The notes under the pieces are model-generated. The model did no database searches. It saw nothing but the letters and a program-made list of their open reading frames with translations, and had not been told where the DNA came from. DNA of 64,000 bases, from positions 57,966 through 121,965 of the forward strand of contig JBAXAI010000010.1 in the NCBI GenBank assembly GCA_037142615.1. Direction: 5' to 3'. The stretch comes from Spirochaetales bacterium. GTDB lineage: Bacteria > Spirochaetota > Spirochaetia > JABEVK01. A program made the translations under genes and the position numbers. This document shows positions 57,161 through 64,000 of this stretch, piece after piece; the stretch's first letter is position 1; each line of letters starts with the position of its first letter.

Positions 57161-57177
57161 GACCAACTCAGTTGGTC
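57161..57177. promoter_or_regulatory. Palindromic operator, probably toxin-antitoxin autoregulation
   Basis: gaccaact-c-agttggtc just upstream of the antitoxin start. Confidence 0.55.
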
Positions 57178-57189
57178 AACTTCGCAAAC

Positions 57190-58593
57190 CTACCCCTTGG
57201 GCGGTCGTCGCCAGAACAGCACGTTGCCCGTCACGGCGTGAAAAGTCTCGGTGCTCAAGAGCGTCGAGAGCAGCGAGCGCACGCTGTCGGTGGTCGTGTT
57301 GGGCGTTCGCATGCGGGCCAACATCAACTGAGCCACGATGGCGAACGTGATGGCCACGACGATGAGCACCTGCAGCGGTGCCGCCGAAGGGAGCCAGGTC
57401 AGAGGGGTTTCCTGCAGAAAATCGTAAACCGCACCACCGAGCAAGGGCCCCACCGAGGTAGTAAGGCCAAACCACGTCCAGAACCAACCGGCGTAGGCCA
57501 CGCGGTGGTCGGGGTGCGACAGGGTGATCATGAACTGGCCGATGCCTTCCCAGTACGCCGGGGCCAGCAGCCCAATGATGAGGGCCGAAAGAGGTATCAG
57601 GTACCAATAGGTCGTCGGCCCCATGAACAGGTAGGGAATCCAGGCCAGCACAAAAAAACCGCCGACAACCACGACAGCGCGCCGACCGATCGAGTCCATC
57701 AGGCGGCCCCAATGCGGCACCATCAGCACCCAGGTGCCTTGGCTGACGACAAACCCGATACCCAGCCAGATGGGAGTGGCCCCCGCTCCTTTGGGGTCGA
57801 CCACAAAGGGAGCCAGAAAGGGGCTCGCCAGCGTGAACGAGATCAGGAATCCGCCGACGCACAGGCAGAAGCGACGGAAAGGTTTATCTTTGAGCGGCAC
57901 CAAAAACGACGAGAAATCAAGCTTGGGCACCTGGCCCTGGAGCGGATCGGGAGCGCGGATCTGGGTCAGCACTTCGAGGGTGCCCGAGGTGCCCGCGATC
58001 AGGTACAGAAGGCCGTAGACCACGAACACCTGGGTCAGGAACTGGTCGATCATCAGCGTGGCCAAAAAGAAGAAGACCATGTTGATGGTCTGAACCAACG
58101 CCGACCGCTTGCCAAAAAAGCTGGCCCGGATGCTGTCGGGAATCAGGTCGCCCATCCATGCCCACCACGCCGAGGCGCCCAGCGAGTTGCCCACCGACGA
58201 GGCCACCGACGCGACAATGACAATGAGCACGGCCTGGCTTTTGGGACCACCGGCCGCCACCCAAAAAGCGGCCCCGGCCACAGCAAAGGCGCAGACCCGC
58301 GAAAACAGCGTGGTCCAAAACCACAACAGGCGCCGCTCGCGGAACACCCCCACCAGCAACACCGACACCAGGTTGAGGGCGCCCGCCAGGTTGACTCCGC
58401 CGACCAAGGCACCCAGCAAAAAAGCGCTGCCGCCGAGGTGGACTTTGACGAGCACGGTCAGGATTTGTTGGGGCGTCGCCAGCACAAACCAGAAGATATT
58501 GAACGCGGCGGTGGCCATGCAAAACTGCAGGGCCTGCTTCAATTCGGGGTGGTTGACATCCCACTTCATTTCGGGGTGTGTACGTTCACGCAT
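57190..58593 (-). CDS. MFS transporter
   Basis: About 12 hydrophobic segments; WWAWMGDLIP..IRASFFGKR, WGRLMDSIGRR. Confidence 0.85.
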   Translation of the reverse strand: MRERTHPEMKWDVNHPELKQALQFCMATAAFNIFWFVLATPQQILTVLVKVHLGGSAFLLGALVGGVNLAGALNLVSVLLVGVFRERRLLWFWTTLFSRVCAFAVAGAAFWVAAGGPKSQAVLIVIVASVASSVGNSLGASAWWAWMGDLIPDSIRASFFGKRSALVQTINMVFFFLATLMIDQFLTQVFVVYGLLYLIAGTSGTLEVLTQIRAPDPLQGQVPKLDFSSFLVPLKDKPFRRFCLCVGGFLISFTLASPFLAPFVVDPKGAGATPIWLGIGFVVSQGTWVLMVPHWGRLMDSIGRRAVVVVGGFFVLAWIPYLFMGPTTYWYLIPLSALIIGLLAPAYWEGIGQFMITLSHPDHRVAYAGWFWTWFGLTTSVGPLLGGAVYDFLQETPLTWLPSAAPLQVLIVVAITFAIVAQLMLARMRTPNTTTDSVRSLLSTLLSTETFHAVTGNVLFWRRPPKG

Positions 58594-58638
58594 CCTATCG
58601 GTTTAGGGCTTTTGGGGCCAGAATGTCAATCGGCCAAC

Positions 58639-62736
<4,098 letters not shown>

Positions 62737-62744
<8 letters not shown>

Positions 62745-63285
62745 GGGCGGCCCCAGTGACGTGGGTCCGCAGGCCGCGCAAACGGCCCGAAAGCGACGCG
62801 TCGAGCAGTTTGTCGCCCCAAAAAAGGCGCAACCCGCCGCGAAGGCCCTCGTTCTGCCGCACTTCCAGCCGGACGTCTTTTTTCAAGCGGGCACCGAGGT
62901 GGACCCGAAGTTGGGCAAGCTCTTCATCGGCCCAGGGAGTCGCCGTTTCGACCAGAACGGGAAGCACCTCCGCCCGGGCGTCCAGCAGCCGCTGCCAGGC
63001 GCTTTTGAGCCACAGCAGAGCCGGCAGCCGGTCATTTTGAGCCAGCAGGCCCAGCCAGCGAGCCGTGGTGGGCGATACGCCGGGGGCAAAGGCCGAGTCG
63101 ACCAACAGCCCGTCGGTCGAGCGGTCGCTGCAGTGGGTTTCGCAGTAGTCACGGAGCCCCGGCACCGACTCGAGGAGGCGAACCACGCGCTCAACGTCGG
63201 CCGTCGTCGCGTCGAGGGTGCCGGCCTCGTCGGCCACCTCGTAGAGCGCACGGGCGTAATGGAGGGCGGCTTGGGGCGCGCTCAT
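62737..63285 (-). CDS. atpH: F1 delta subunit
   Basis: A..YARALY, L.GG....GD..LDASL..RL. Confidence 0.88.
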
Positions 63286-63764
63286 AACCGTGCCACGAGC
63301 GAGCGTGACCACTCGCGGTCCTCGTCGCGCAAAAAGGCGTGTTCGACCAACGCCTCGCTGGCATCGCACACCAGCGTGGCCAGTTCGTTCTGCAGCGCCC
63401 CGAGCGCCCTTTGACGGTCCGCCAGGGCCCTTTTCGAGCCGTCGGCCAGCAGTTGGGCCACCTCAGCCTGAGCCGCTTCGACGAGCGTGATTCGCAGCGC
63501 CGCCGCCTGGTCGCGGGCAGCCTGCACCAGGGTGGCGCATTCCAGCCGTGCGGCCGCGAGCAGAGCCTCCCGGTCGGCGGCCAGAGTATCGGCAGCGAGG
63601 GCGAGCCGTTGGCCCTCGGCCAGGTTGTCGGCAATCCTGGCTTGCCGTTCGCGCAGGTTTTTCAGCAACGGCGGGATTGCCCACTTCTGAAGGATGACGA
63701 GGACGACGACGAAGCAGATCAGCGTCCAGAGAAACAGTCCGGGTTCCAGTTGAAACAGAGCCAT
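63282..63764 (-). CDS. atpF: Fo b subunit
   Basis: PGLFLWTLICF TM helix, P.L...L.ER...I, coiled coil. Confidence 0.9.
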   Translation of the reverse strand: MALFQLEPGLFLWTLICFVVVLVILQKWAIPPLLKNLRERQARIADNLAEGQRLALAADTLAADREALLAAARLECATLVQAARDQAAALRITLVEAAQAEVAQLLADGSKRALADRQRALGALQNELATLVCDASEALVEHAFLRDEDREWSRSLVARL

Positions 63765-63768
63765 GGCG

Positions 63769-63993
63769 CTAGCGGAAGATGACCAGCAGCGCCACGATGG
63801 CGCTGAAGAAGGCCAGGCCTTCGATCAAGGTCGCCATGAGGATCATGTTCGTCCGGATCTCCTTGCGTTCGGCCGGTTGCCGAGCCAGGGCGTCCATCGC
63901 CTTGCCCCCCAGCAGGCCGATGCCAAGACTCCCGCCAGCGGCCGCAAGAGCCGCTCCCACCACCGCAAGTGCCGGGGCCCAGTTGGTTTCCAT
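63769..63993 (-). CDS. atpE: Fo c subunit
   Basis: G.G.G helix, ARQP loop, ion-binding Glu in LIEGLA. Confidence 0.95.
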   Translation of the reverse strand: METNWAPALAVVGAALAAAGGSLGIGLLGGKAMDALARQPAERKEIRTNMILMATLIEGLAFFSAIVALLVIFR

Positions 63994-64000
63994 CGTCGAC

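Overview
A GC-rich bacterial window, probably from a spirochaete (inferred from the MCP and outer-membrane protein style, not proven). Bases 1-25 kb hold L-rhamnose and L-fucose catabolism: rhaA, rhaM, fucI, fucU, two FGGY kinases, two class II aldolases, a sugar ABC transporter, a YesN/YesM-type two-component system and LacI/AraC regulators. Bases 25-57 kb hold a dispersed cobalamin-dependent methyl-transfer system: a corrinoid protein, MtaB, a RACo/ASKHA activator, five UROD/MtaA-fold proteins (one fused to a LacI repressor), a riboswitch-controlled B12 ABC importer and a PocR-AraC regulator. This block is interleaved with a second sugar ABC operon and two membrane di-iron oxygenases (MocD-like and sterol-desaturase-like). 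The main hypothesis is an undescribed pathway that demethylates O-methyl sugars and channels methanol or methyl groups to a corrinoid. The strongest direct evidence is one 53-bp promoter architecture repeated ungapped upstream of three methyl-transfer operons spread over 29 kb. The window also has a ~145-nt palindromic repeat family with covarying stems, five toxin-antitoxin modules or remnants, and an F-type ATP synthase operon (atpE to atpC) at the right end. All product calls come from motif recognition, not database searches.
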